From Candidatus Rifleibacteriota bacterium (GTDB lineage Bacteria > Muiribacteriota > Ozemobacteria > Ozemobacterales > Ozemobacteraceae), in contig JADFZL010000004.1 in assembly GCA_015232575.1 (NCBI GenBank), positions 14,381 through 78,380 on the forward strand: DNA of 64,000 bases, given 5' to 3'. Shown here piece after piece: positions 40,767-51,500 of this stretch. Both the position numbers and the translations under genes were made by a program. Each line of letters starts with the position of its first letter. Positions within the stretch are counted from its first letter, which is position 1. A model generated the notes under the pieces. The model was not told the origin of the DNA. It ran no database searches and worked only from the letters and a program-made list of their open reading frames with translations.

Positions 40767-41216
40767 ATGCTGAAAAACGTGTTTATATCGATTCTGATGG
40801 TCTTACTTCTTGTCTCGGGGGGAAGCGCAATGATTCAAACTCTTCCAATTGACGAACTGGCTGGAATGTCCGATCTTATTGCAATTGCAAAGCTGAAAGA
40901 AACAAAGAAAGCTTCTGCAACTCCTGAAGGTTTTCAGATGCTCGAAAATACAATTATTATTGAAGAAGTATTGAAAGGCAGCGAAAAACCAGGCTATGAA
41001 GCTGTTTTTTCCACAATTGAAAATATGGAAGATAATCCTGTTATAAGAACTGAAGGCAAGTTCATTATTTTTCTAACAAAAAATGCCTCTCAGACCTGGA
41101 ATCTGACAAATATGGTGCAGGGCTACTGGCCGATTCTTGATGAAGGAAAATTTGCCGGAATGGGTCTTCGTTATGATATGCCAACCCTTAAAAAAGCAAT
41201 TGAAGGCAAAAAATAA
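40767..41216 (+). CDS. Small hypothetical secreted protein
   Basis: GGAAGGGAG RBS before the ATG at 40767. Signal peptide ISILMVLLLVSGGSA. Confidence 0.5.
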   Translation: MLKNVFISILMVLLLVSGGSAMIQTLPIDELAGMSDLIAIAKLKETKKASATPEGFQMLENTIIIEEVLKGSEKPGYEAVFSTIENMEDNPVIRTEGKFIIFLTKNASQTWNLTNMVQGYWPILDEGKFAGMGLRYDMPTLKKAIEGKK

Positions 41217-41872
41217 TGTCTAAAGGTGCTATTTTTGATATGGATGGCGTGCTTGCTGATACAGAGCCCGCCTATATTGAAGTAAACAGAAGATTTCTGA
41301 CTGCATGCGGTGTTGATTTTTCAAAACTTGACTATTCAGAATTTATTGGAATATCAGCACCGCTCATGTGGGGGCGCCTGAAAGAAAGGTATTCGCTGCC
41401 ACAAACTGTTGAGTGGCTTATAGCAAATGAACATGACTCTTTTAATAAATATGTTCAGGCATTCGATTCCCTTCCACATTTTACGGGCATTGATAAACTT
41501 CTGAACAGGCTTTCAGAACAGAATTACCGGATATCCATCGCTTCATCGTCATTCAGAAAGAATGTTGATCTGGTTTTGAATAAAACCGGATTAAGAAAAT
41601 ATTTTCATGAAATAGTCAGCGGAGAAGAAGTTGTAAACGGAAAACCCGCACCAGATATTTTTCTTCTGGCGGCAAAAAAACTCAATTTGTCTCCGTCTGA
41701 GTGTTTTGTAATCGAAGATTCCAATAATGGCCTGAGGGGTGCCATCGGTGCAGGAATGAAATGCATCGGTTTCAGAAATCCCACATCGGGAAATCAGGAT
41801 TTATCTGCAGCAACTTTTCTCATAGACGATTTCAGCGATTCTGTAATAGAAAAAATTATATCTTTTCAATAA
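41216..41872 (+). CDS. HAD-superfamily hydrolase (beta-phosphoglucomutase-like subfamily)
   Basis: Motif I IFDMDGVLADTEP. Motif IV EDSNNGLRGA. Confidence 0.8.
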   Translation: MSKGAIFDMDGVLADTEPAYIEVNRRFLTACGVDFSKLDYSEFIGISAPLMWGRLKERYSLPQTVEWLIANEHDSFNKYVQAFDSLPHFTGIDKLLNRLSEQNYRISIASSSFRKNVDLVLNKTGLRKYFHEIVSGEEVVNGKPAPDIFLLAAKKLNLSPSECFVIEDSNNGLRGAIGAGMKCIGFRNPTSGNQDLSAATFLIDDFSDSVIEKIISFQ

Positions 41873-41879
41873 CTCGTTG

Positions 41880-42140
41880 TAAAAAAGACAAGACAAGAGT
41901 TTTTTCCGCAGATTACGCAGATTTTCAAGATCAAGATCAAGATTGTAAGATCTTGATTTTGGATTTTAGATTCAAGATTTGATGTATGAGATTTTTTGGA
42001 TTAGGAAGAGATTGTGACAGTGTTGCAGAACAGATACAATTATTGGATAACAATGCGTGCATAGGCACTTCTGAAAATGTAGAATCTGTTTTTCTCTGTT
42101 TTTTTCCGCGCCTCTGCGTCTCTGCGTGAGATCGTTCTTT
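41880..42140. repeat. Intergenic repeat, copy 2. It has the aaaagacaaga flank, the ccgcagattacgcagatt arm, phased AGATT pentamers and the ttttctctg..cctctgcgt..ctgcgtgagat..cttttcttc block.
   Basis: Aligned by eye to copy 1. Confidence 0.55.
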
Positions 42141-42159
42141 TCTTCTGATAAGATTTTTT

Positions 42160-42247
42160 CTTCATGCTTTGCTGCCTTTTTGCCGAAATACTAACTGAAT
42201 AGGATTCTTTTTTTGCTTGGTTTTCAAGAAAAGGCAGGAGTAAAGAC
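42160..42247 (+). promoter_or_regulatory. Conserved leader and 5' UTR of giant gene 1 (cttcatgcttt...ttttcaagaaaa..caggagtaaagacATG)
   Basis: About 80% identical to 48452-48538, including the AGGAG RBS. Confidence 0.5.
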
Positions 42248-45200
42248 ATGAGGAGAAGTAGCATATTTCGTGTGCTGATTTTTTTGGTGTATCTGTTGAG
42301 TTTACAGGTTCACCTTCTGGCGGGTATTGAAAATTTAAAATGTACCATTACCGAACCAGCAGATACCGTCGGAAAGAAATTTAATTCTGGTGTAAGTGTT
42401 AAGTTGAATGCCAGTTGGGCAGGGGTAGCTACGCCTCCTTTTTCTGCGAGCTTTTTTTCCTCATCCGGGGCAGCGTCAAACGCACTTGGAACAACCGTTA
42501 CAAGTGGAAACAGCGCTGATTTTGTCACAACTGGCTCATCATTGGGCGCTGGGCAGAAGGGCTTCAAAGTAGAAGTTTATGAGACCTCAATACCAAATGC
42601 CACAATGTTGTCAGCAGCTTCTGACAAGAATATCGAAATCGACCTTATTCCACCTGCAATTACCGTTTCTCTTGATAACGGCTCTGTCTTTTCCCCGGGT
42701 ACTGGTTTTAATGTAGTAAAATTCACCGTTAGATCAAGCAAAAATGTTCAAGGTGTTCCTGATGTTACTATTTCTCCGGAAATTGCAGGTGCTTCGCCTG
42801 CTCCCGACGGAACGCCTACCGAAACAACTTTCAGATATACTCTTCAGCTTCCAACAAATGTTGTTGCAGGTGCTTATTCAATAAGAGCAGTCTGCAAAGA
42901 TACGACTCTTCCTCTCGATACAGCTAACTCCGGAAGCGGACAGACAGGTTTTACTGTAAAAAGCGATGGTCCTCAACCACCGACTGTAACCGTTTCAGAA
43001 CCAGTTTCTCCAATACAGCAAAAAAACTTTGTGGTGAAAGGGAAAATTACTAATGGAATGGTGAAACTTTCACTTCACGAAGGTGCTACGAAGATATCAG
43101 ATGCCGTCATTAACGGACTTGACTGGACTGCCACCGTTGCCAGCACTACTGAGGGTGAGCACAGATACACTGCAAGGGGTGCTGATGCTCTTGGGAACGT
43201 TTCCCCGGATTCTGCTGAAATCATCGTAAAGGTAGATATTACTCCACCTGCACGCGGAGTTCTTGTACAGCCGCAAAGTCCGACATCATCAGCAAAAATA
43301 AACATATCTGGAACATCTGCTGTTGATGCACTGAACAACGGAGTAAATTCTCCACCCGTTAAAGTTGGGCTGTATGCTATGGACGGGACAGAGATTGGTT
43401 CTGTTTCAGCAAATCTCGATGGATCGTTTACCTTTCTGAATGTGAATCTCTCTGATGGTGATAACCTGTTTTATGTAGTTACAGAAGATTCTGCTAATGG
43501 TCCTCCGGGAAACAGATCGACACCTTCTGTGCCTATAAGAGTTTTCCGTGACAATTCAGGTTCAACCGTTGCAACAGTTTTGATCGGATCATCCCAACTT
43601 GCATCTCAGCCAATTCCTTTAAGCGCAGACACCTGGCTGACAGCAGGAAATTACGGAGTTAAGATTGATTTTACGAAGGATATGGACGCCTCGTCTAAAA
43701 CTGCAATTTCCTACACACCTTTGAATGGAACTGAGCAGGTAAGCAATAACGGCTCCTGGATAGCATCAAGATCATTTTCGGGCATTATTACCATTCCAGG
43801 CGGACAATCTGCAGTTTACGATGGTCTGGCACCGGAACTGAAAATTTCTGCTGCAAAAGACATTGCAGGGAATGTAATGGCTCCACATACTATCCCGACT
43901 CCGTTTAATATTGATACTAACCCGCCCGTGACTGTAATGGATTCAATGGATACTTTATTTGTTGCAAGTGGAGCTACTTCAGTTACTATCAAGGGTTCCT
44001 CAAGCGATGCCGGCTCTGGTGTTGGTTATGTTGAAATTGCCTGGCAGCTATATTCAGGCGGAACAATTTCTTCACAGTCTGTTCCGATTTTTAATGGCGC
44101 GAATGCTTCCTGGACAGCTACCTGGGACGTTTCTACCCTTCCCGCCGGATATTACAAATTGTGGGCTATCGCTGCAGATCGTTCCAAACCAAATCCTAAC
44201 AGGGAAGCTATGATTCCAACAGGATTCAGGCTTGTTGCAGTTGACAGAGATGCGCCTTTAGTAACACGCGTGAGTATTGATGACCTTATTAAAGATATTA
44301 ATGACATGTATACCGGCACGACAGTGCCAGTTATTGCTTCGTCTGTGACAAAGCTCACCGCTGTTTTCTCAGATACCAGCGGTTGGGGAATTGATTTTTC
44401 CAGAACTGTGTTTACACTTGTACATCAAGGAAGCAGCACAAATATCGCTGGAAATTATGCCAACAACGGAACAGATACAATGTTTTTCACTTTTCCGCAG
44501 TTATCGCAGGCTGGAACATACACAGTATCAGTGAATCCGTTTGATAAAGCTGGAAATTCCATGCCACTTGTAGCAACAAGAACATTTGTTATCGACAACG
44601 GCGGACCCGTGGGAGTAAATTTTGAGCCTGTTGCAGGCATTTATGCTAATAATACCAATCCCGCAATTGCCACAGATCAGGTCTGGGCTTTTATTGATGA
44701 CCGTGAGGCTGATTATTCAAGTTCGACAATAGAGGTTGTCTATAATGGAAACACCACTGGACTTCAATTAAAGAGTGCCTCAACGACAGCCCTGGTCTGG
44801 GATTTCACCGGAGATTCTGCTACTCATACTTCCGATCAGAGCATCGATGGAAGATATAACATTACCGTAGTTCCATGGGATATTTTCGGAAATCGTGGAA
44901 ATGCAGTAAATTCACACTTCTTCCTTGATACACGGGCTCCGGTTGTTACCCAGGCTGACCCAGCGTCTTCATCCTGGAATGGTTTGTCGATGAGAACAAT
45001 AAAAGCCGGTGTTTCAGATGCTCCAAAGGATCATGTTACTTATGGCGGAGCAGCAGTTGCCAAAGATGCATCATGGCAGAATTCAAATGGCAGCGGAATC
45101 AATCAGTCTTCTGCATCATTCAGCGCAAATGTTGAGTTTCTCAGTAAAACTCTGCCTGGCGGGTTTTCTTCTGCTAACATGATGGAAATTACCATGCCAG

Positions 45201-47635
45201 CTATAGCAGTGGCAGATACTAATCCACCTGGATGGGGCACAATTACTGCAAATATCAAATTAGATGATAATGTAAACAGTCTCAGAGCTAACACTGCTTC
45301 ATACACGTGGAATTTATTCATGGATTACATGAGACCTGTAATGACTTTTTCAAAACCTCTTTCAAGCGGAAAATATTGTAAGAATAGTATCAATATTGGC
45401 GGTTCTGCAAGCGACAGAGGAGCTGCAACAAGTAATCTCTACGTTCAAAAGGTTGAAGTTTCCAAGGACCAGACAACTTACAATGCAGCAGACTTTGCGA
45501 TGGGAAAAATCGGCAGCTGGACCTATAAAATGGATATTTCTGAAATGACTGACGGTGCACATAAGTTCTATGGAAGGGCTTATGACAGAGGCAACAATAT
45601 GTCAAACCCAGATAATGCTTATGCTGATGCCGGTGTTGAAACAGTTGTTACATTTACTGTCGATAGAACTCCACCAGCACCACCGACTCCGATTATTCCA
45701 CTTAGTGACAGTATTACAAACAATCGTGGACAGCGATTTAAATGGAACAAAGTAACAGATGGTGATCAGTATCTGTTTCAGGTTGCTGATGATGCAAGTT
45801 TTAATAATGTTATCAATAACCTTATACAGAGCGGAGATGCCAGCTATACTGGTCTTCTCGGTCAGGTCACTTATCTTCCTGAAGCATCTTTTTCTGTGCC
45901 CAAAGACGGAACATTCTATTGGAGAGTTGCTTCCGTTGAACTTTGCAATGATGGTTATAACATCAGCAGTTTTTCAACAACAATGAGGTTTACAGTCGAT
46001 ACAGTCAAGCCAAAAATTCTTGAAGTGCAGCCGACACCATCGACTGGCAACAAGATCACAACCGGCATGGTAACATTTACTGTCCGGTTCAGCGAAGCCA
46101 TGGATACAACAATTCTTCCGACGGTTTCTATTACATCAGCCGGCGGTCAGCTCATGCTTATAGAGACAGTAACTTTCAAAGATAATACCTGGACGGGCAC
46201 AACCGTAATTCCAAAAGATACAAGTGCATTGTATGATGGATTGGCTGTGATTCAGGTAACCAACGCCAAGGATCTCGCCACAAACCAGATGGAAAATGAT
46301 TCGACAAACACAGTTGTAATCAATACTGGTCCTGCTTTTGAAACAAAATTGTTTTCAAATCCGGCTCATGAGTATGAAATTATGATTGTGACAAGATCAA
46401 GCGAAGCTCTTCAGGCGCCTCCAACATGTTCTGTTACACAGGGCGGAGAGAAGGTGCCGGTTGTAATGAACTTTCTGAAAGAAAAGTTCTATACCGGAGG
46501 CTATCGAATTGATCCAGAGCATTCTGGCAAGGCTTATATTGATATCAGCGGCAGCGATTTGTACGGTATGACTGGCAAAGGTTCTGTTGAATTCAACGTT
46601 GCCGGGGTAGATCTGGAAACAAGTATAAGATGGATTTCTGAGGATGCAGCGAGCGAATTGCTTATTGGCTCGGGAACATTCAGAAACAAAGCTTCTATTT
46701 ACATGCTTCCCAAAACAGGAAGTGATGCTGTTAACCCGCTGGCATCGAAAAAAGCTTCTGTAAAACGTGCATCTGCTGTTAAAGATTTGTCAGAACTTTC
46801 AAAGGAAGAGCTGGTTGAATTAAAAGCACTCGAAGAACTTGGGCCTTCCTCGGTAAAAGTCTCGAGAAAGATGCGTTTTACTACAAATTACGAGATTCCA
46901 GCGGAAATGAATATTGATCCAAAGCGTGTTGGAATTTATCGATACTCTTCAAATGGCTGGACTTACTGCAAGAGCGAAATGAAAGGCAACAAAGTCTCTG
47001 CCGAACTTGATGGGCTTGGTAAGCTTTCGTTAATGGCAGATCTCAAGGCACCCGTAATGGCTTCCATTTTCCCGTCACAGGGAGAACGGCTTGAAGATGC
47101 CGATTTTACAATTGAAGGTAAGATTTCTGATAAAGGTGCAGGTTTGCTTCTTGAATCGGTAAAGATAAGCATTGATGGGAATCAGGTTTCTGATGTTACA
47201 GTCGAAGAAGACGGAACTTTCAGATATGCGCCCAGAAAGACACTTCCAAAAGGTGATCATGTTCTTGAAATAACTGCAAGTGACAAGGCTGGAAATCAGA
47301 TTGTTACATCAATTACCTTCGTAGCGCCTGGTCCGTTTGCAATTGAAGATTTGAAAGCTTATCCAAATCCTGCAAGAGGCGATGCAATGTGGTTTGCATA
47401 CAATTTTGGGCAGAGAGCTGAGGAAATCAAGCTGAAAATCTATGATGTAGCCGGACACGAAGTCACTTCCTTTGAGACGTTTGATTTTAACGCGCTTTCG
47501 ACCGGAAAACTTAAATGGGATTTAAGAAACGATGACGGAAAGAGAGTTGCTAACGGAGTGTATCTTTATAAAATTGAAGCCATCAAAAATGGGCAGAAGA
47601 TCAAAAGCCGCGGAAAACTGGCGGTTTTGAGATAG
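42248..47635 (+). CDS. Giant (1795-aa) cell-surface protein with many Ig-like repeats and a C-terminal T9SS-type sorting domain
   Basis: Signal peptide. C-terminus YPNPARGDAMWFAYNF...IKLKIYDVAGHEV...GVYLYKIEAIKNGQKIKSRGKLAVLR. Paralog of 48539-56143. Confidence 0.8.
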   Translation: MRRSSIFRVLIFLVYLLSLQVHLLAGIENLKCTITEPADTVGKKFNSGVSVKLNASWAGVATPPFSASFFSSSGAASNALGTTVTSGNSADFVTTGSSLGAGQKGFKVEVYETSIPNATMLSAASDKNIEIDLIPPAITVSLDNGSVFSPGTGFNVVKFTVRSSKNVQGVPDVTISPEIAGASPAPDGTPTETTFRYTLQLPTNVVAGAYSIRAVCKDTTLPLDTANSGSGQTGFTVKSDGPQPPTVTVSEPVSPIQQKNFVVKGKITNGMVKLSLHEGATKISDAVINGLDWTATVASTTEGEHRYTARGADALGNVSPDSAEIIVKVDITPPARGVLVQPQSPTSSAKINISGTSAVDALNNGVNSPPVKVGLYAMDGTEIGSVSANLDGSFTFLNVNLSDGDNLFYVVTEDSANGPPGNRSTPSVPIRVFRDNSGSTVATVLIGSSQLASQPIPLSADTWLTAGNYGVKIDFTKDMDASSKTAISYTPLNGTEQVSNNGSWIASRSFSGIITIPGGQSAVYDGLAPELKISAAKDIAGNVMAPHTIPTPFNIDTNPPVTVMDSMDTLFVASGATSVTIKGSSSDAGSGVGYVEIAWQLYSGGTISSQSVPIFNGANASWTATWDVSTLPAGYYKLWAIAADRSKPNPNREAMIPTGFRLVAVDRDAPLVTRVSIDDLIKDINDMYTGTTVPVIASSVTKLTAVFSDTSGWGIDFSRTVFTLVHQGSSTNIAGNYANNGTDTMFFTFPQLSQAGTYTVSVNPFDKAGNSMPLVATRTFVIDNGGPVGVNFEPVAGIYANNTNPAIATDQVWAFIDDREADYSSSTIEVVYNGNTTGLQLKSASTTALVWDFTGDSATHTSDQSIDGRYNITVVPWDIFGNRGNAVNSHFFLDTRAPVVTQADPASSSWNGLSMRTIKAGVSDAPKDHVTYGGAAVAKDASWQNSNGSGINQSSASFSANVEFLSKTLPGGFSSANMMEITMPAIAVADTNPPGWGTITANIKLDDNVNSLRANTASYTWNLFMDYMRPVMTFSKPLSSGKYCKNSINIGGSASDRGAATSNLYVQKVEVSKDQTTYNAADFAMGKIGSWTYKMDISEMTDGAHKFYGRAYDRGNNMSNPDNAYADAGVETVVTFTVDRTPPAPPTPIIPLSDSITNNRGQRFKWNKVTDGDQYLFQVADDASFNNVINNLIQSGDASYTGLLGQVTYLPEASFSVPKDGTFYWRVASVELCNDGYNISSFSTTMRFTVDTVKPKILEVQPTPSTGNKITTGMVTFTVRFSEAMDTTILPTVSITSAGGQLMLIETVTFKDNTWTGTTVIPKDTSALYDGLAVIQVTNAKDLATNQMENDSTNTVVINTGPAFETKLFSNPAHEYEIMIVTRSSEALQAPPTCSVTQGGEKVPVVMNFLKEKFYTGGYRIDPEHSGKAYIDISGSDLYGMTGKGSVEFNVAGVDLETSIRWISEDAASELLIGSGTFRNKASIYMLPKTGSDAVNPLASKKASVKRASAVKDLSELSKEELVELKALEELGPSSVKVSRKMRFTTNYEIPAEMNIDPKRVGIYRYSSNGWTYCKSEMKGNKVSAELDGLGKLSLMADLKAPVMASIFPSQGERLEDADFTIEGKISDKGAGLLLESVKISIDGNQVSDVTVEEDGTFRYAPRKTLPKGDHVLEITASDKAGNQIVTSITFVAPGPFAIEDLKAYPNPARGDAMWFAYNFGQRAEEIKLKIYDVAGHEVTSFETFDFNALSTGKLKWDLRNDDGKRVANGVYLYKIEAIKNGQKIKSRGKLAVLR

Positions 47636-47639
47636 TCTT

Positions 47640-48293
47640 ATGGAGACAGAAAAAATGGAAAAGAAAAACTTAATATTTGTCTTTCTGGTTCCGGTGTTAA
47701 TGATGCTGAACGGATGTGGTGGTGGTGTTGCCGGCGAAGGCAGCAATGACTATCCGCAAACCAGCGGCACGACAATTATCAGGGCGAATTCTTTCAATGA
47801 TAAGGGCTGGGACCTGATTTCAAAAGCTCAGTATCAAAGTGCAATAACCTCTTTTAATCAGGTGCTGGCAGATAATCCGACAGCCCAGGAAGCCTGTGAG
47901 GCAAACTCAGGGCTTGGATGGGCACGTGGTCGAATAGGCACTATGAAGGACGGTATGGAGTGGTTTGCAAAAGCAGTTGATGGTTCCAATGATGCAAAAG
48001 TTGGACTGGCTGCTGCTTATGTTCAGTTGGGTTCAAAAAGTGATCTCGAAAAAGCTGTTGATTTGCTCTATACAAAGCTAGGTGGAGAAAATCCGCACTT
48101 TCATTATACCACCTCAAGACCTACCGGTGTAAGCGATGCCGAATGTCATGCTCTTCTAGCTTTTGCGTTTGCTGGAATCGGAAAAAACGATGAAGCGACA
48201 ATTCAGCTTGATTATGCAAAGGAATTGAATCCAAATTGGCAGAATACAACAATTGACCAGATAAACAATGTCGTAGAATTCCTTAATAAATAA
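47640..48293 (+). CDS. TPR-like lipoprotein. Partner of giant protein 1 and paralog of 56148-56822.
   Basis: Lipobox MMLNGC. Starts 5 bp after the giant-gene stop. Confidence 0.65.
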   Translation: METEKMEKKNLIFVFLVPVLMMLNGCGGGVAGEGSNDYPQTSGTTIIRANSFNDKGWDLISKAQYQSAITSFNQVLADNPTAQEACEANSGLGWARGRIGTMKDGMEWFAKAVDGSNDAKVGLAAAYVQLGSKSDLEKAVDLLYTKLGGENPHFHYTTSRPTGVSDAECHALLAFAFAGIGKNDEATIQLDYAKELNPNWQNTTIDQINNVVEFLNK

Positions 48294-48353
48294 TATTGCT
48301 GTCATTTCGACTAAATTTGACCTTTCGGAGATCTCTCATTCTTTTGGTCACTT

Positions 48354-48420
48354 AATCTGCGTAATCTGTGTAATCTGCGGACAGCTTTTAATCTTTAATC
48401 TTGAAATCTTGTAATCTTTA
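48354..48420. repeat. Intergenic repeat, copy 3 (aatctgcgtaatctgtgtaatctgcgga followed by phased AATCTT units)
   Basis: A 28-nt arm nearly identical to 451-478, followed by the same AATCTT array. Confidence 0.55.
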
Positions 48421-48451
48421 CCTTCTGCGGTAACGTGGGGGTGTATTTTTT

Positions 48452-48538
48452 CCTTCATGCTTTAGCTCTTTTTTGTCGAAATATGAACGAATAGAAATAT
48501 TTTTTCGCTCGTTTTTCAAGAAAAACAGGAGTAAAGAC
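48452..48538 (+). promoter_or_regulatory. Conserved leader and 5' UTR of giant gene 2
   Basis: Paralogous to 42160-42247. Confidence 0.5.
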
Positions 48539-51500
48539 ATGAGGAGACAATGGTTTTGTGTGCTGATTTTTCTGGCGGTGTTTCTGCTGGGTTGTCAGGC
48601 GCACCTGATAGCTGATATACAGGGACTGAAATTATTAGTTTCTGATCCCGCAGATCCGCTTGGAAAGAAATTTAATGGCGGTCAAACTATTAGACTCAAC
48701 GCGAGTTGGGAAGGAGGAACGGTTGCTACTCCTCCTTTTTCGATCAGTTTTTATTCTGGTTCAACAAAGCTTGATACATCTAACCAGTCTTCAACATCAA
48801 AGGAATTTACAGTAACTGCCTCAACTTTAGGGAACGGTCTGAAAAATTTCAAAGTTGAAGTTATTGAAACAGCTGTTCAAAATGCGGTTATGAAATCAGC
48901 AGATTCTGACAAATCAGTTGATGTTGACCTCACTCCGCCCACAGTCGAAGTTATACTTGATAATGGAACTGTATTTTCACCTAATCCCGGATTTAATTTA
49001 GTCAAATTTACCGTAAAATCAAGTAAGAATGTTCAGGGAAGTCCTGATGTTACGGTTACTCCGACAATTACCGGAGTTACAATTACTCCAGATGGAACAC
49101 CCACCGAAAAGACTTTCAAATATAATCTGCAGCTTCCCGCAGGTGTTACTGCCAGCGATTATTCCATAAAAGCAGTTGCCAGAGATACGACTCTTCCTTC
49201 CGGTACAGAAAACTCTGGAAATGGACAGGCAGTTTTTACCGTTAAAAGTGAAGGTCCGCTAACTCCCACAATAAATGTTTCTGAACCAGCTTCTCCAGTT
49301 TTGCAGAAAAGTTTTTCCCTGAAAGGAAAAACAACTGCTGGAATGACAAAAATTACCGTTTACGAGGGAGCTACCGAGATTGTTCTGGGGACAATTACCG
49401 GGACTGACTGGACCGCTACCGTTCCAGTTGATAAAGCTACCGAGGGCGAGCATAAATACACTGTAAAAGGTCTTGATGCTCTGGGTAACCTGTCTCCGGC
49501 ATCATCGGAATTCACCGTTAAGGTAGATGCTTCCGCCCCCGATCAGGGCGTTCTTGTTGCACCAACTGGTTCTACCTCAGCAGCAAAGATTAAACTGAAC
49601 GGAACATCTGCTATTGATCCTCTGAAAAACGGTGTTAATTCTCCTCCGGTAAAAGTTGGTCTTTATAAAATGGGCGGAAGTCAAATTGCCTCAGTTACTG
49701 CTACTGTCGACGGAGCTTTTTCGTTTAACGATGTAAGTCTGGTCGAAGGTGAGAATTTTTTCTATGTTATTACAGAAGATTCAGCAAACGGTCCCCCGGG
49801 AAATAAATCAAATCCATCGACTCAGATAAAAGTCGTTCGCGATAATTCCCTTACACCTACTATTACTGTTTCCCAACCAGCATCTCCAGTTCAGCAGAAA
49901 AGTTTTTCGCTGAAAGGGAAAATAACCACTGGAATGACAAAAATTACAGTTTATGAAGGCGCCACAGAGATTTCACAGGGAACTATAAGCGGGAGTGACT
50001 GGAACGCTTTTGTGCCTAATGTGAACGAGGGCGAGCACAAATACATTGTAAAAGGCATCGATGCTCTCGGTAACGAATCTCCTCCATCGCCGGAATTTAT
50101 CGTAAAGGTAGATGTAACTGCACCTGCTGCTGGCGTTCTTGTACAACCGCAGAGCCCGACTTCGGCCACAAAGATTAATATAACCGGAACTTCTGCTGTC
50201 GATAATGTGAATAACGGTGTCAATTCTCCACCGGTTAAAGTTGCTTTGTACAAAATGGGCGGAAGTGAAATCGCCACAGTTGCTGCAGCTGTTGATGGAA
50301 CGTTTTCATTCTCTGATGTAGATATTGTAGATGGCGATAATTTCTTCTATGTTGTTACAGAAGATTCAGCTAATGGTCCTCCGGGAAATAAATCAAACCC
50401 GTCAGCTCAGATAAAAGTAGTTCGCGATACTACCGCGCCAAGTGTCGGTTCTGTTCTCATTGGTTCTTCGCAGCTTGCTACTCAGCCTCTTCCTTTGAGT
50501 GAAACAAATCCTCTGGGCACCGGTTCCTATGGAATTCAGATTGATTTTTCCAAAGATATGGATGCAACAGTTAATCCATCGGTTTCTTATACTCCTTTGA
50601 ACGGAACTGAGCAGGTCAGCACGACTGGTACCTGGATAGCATCAAAAACTTTTTTAGCTTCAATAAGTATTCCATCGGGGCAATCTGCTACTTTTGATGG
50701 TATTGCAAAAGAGCTGAAAATTTCTGGTGCGAAAGACACTGCTGGAACTGTAATGAGTCCATATACCCTTACAAATCCATTTAAAATAGTCACTACACCT
50801 CCAGTACCACCAATAACGCCGACAACACCTATTGTGGGTTTAAAGTGCACCATTACTGAACCTGCAGATACCGTTGGAAAAAAATATAATGCTGGTGTCA
50901 GTGTTAAGCTTAACACAAGCTGGACTTCAGGGGGCACACCTCCTTTTTCTGCAAGTTTTTTCGCTTTGTCCGGGGCTGCGGCAAATTCACTTGGAACAGC
51001 TATTTCAAGTACCAACTCGGCAGACTTTGTAACTACCGGGGCGAAATTGGGTGCTGGACAGAAAGGTTTCAAAGTTGATGTCTTGGAAACGGCTATTCCG
51101 AATATTCCGATGGTATCAGCTACTTCCGACAAGAATATTGAAATTGATATTACTGCGCCTGTAATCACAATTACTCTTGATAATGGCTCTACATTTTCTC
51201 CGAGTGCTGGATTTAACGTGGTGAAATTCACGGTAAAATCAAGCAAGGGCGTTCAGGGAGTACCAGATATTTCTATTTCTCCTGAAATTGCGGGAGCTGC
51301 ACCAGCTCCGGATGGAACGCCTACTGAAACGAATTTTAAATATACCCTTCAACTTCCAGCCACTGTTGTTGCGGGCGGATATACAATAAAGGCAGTTTGT
51401 AAAGATACAACCCTTCCTCTTGAAACGGCAAACTCCGGCACCGGTCAGATTGGTTTCAGTGTAAACGGTAATGGACCTCAGCCGACAACAGTCATAATAT

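Noticed and set aside
41935-41965. Short AT-rich hairpin (atcaagat tgtaag atcttgat tttt) after the HAD hydrolase gene, considered as a terminator
   Set aside because: It is part of the AGATT repeat array. The 8-bp stem is all A/T and weak, so a regulatory-repeat interpretation is preferred, and the call stays uncertain.
48473-48538. ORF-track N-terminal extension of giant gene 2 from a TTG start (MSKYERIEIFFRSFFKKNRSKD)
   Set aside because: This region is the conserved non-coding leader shared with gene 1. The ATG at 48539 has the identical RBS context caggagtaaagacATG and begins a signal peptide.
50587-51246. 219-aa antisense ORF inside giant gene 2, and other antisense ORFs of 60-170 aa inside large genes (e.g. 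545-778, 6757-7272, 9665-10138, 12656-13034, 42310-42567)
   Set aside because: They lie fully inside long ORFs with recognisable domains on the opposite strand. They are compositionally biased and have no RBS or known motifs, so they are typical shadow ORFs.
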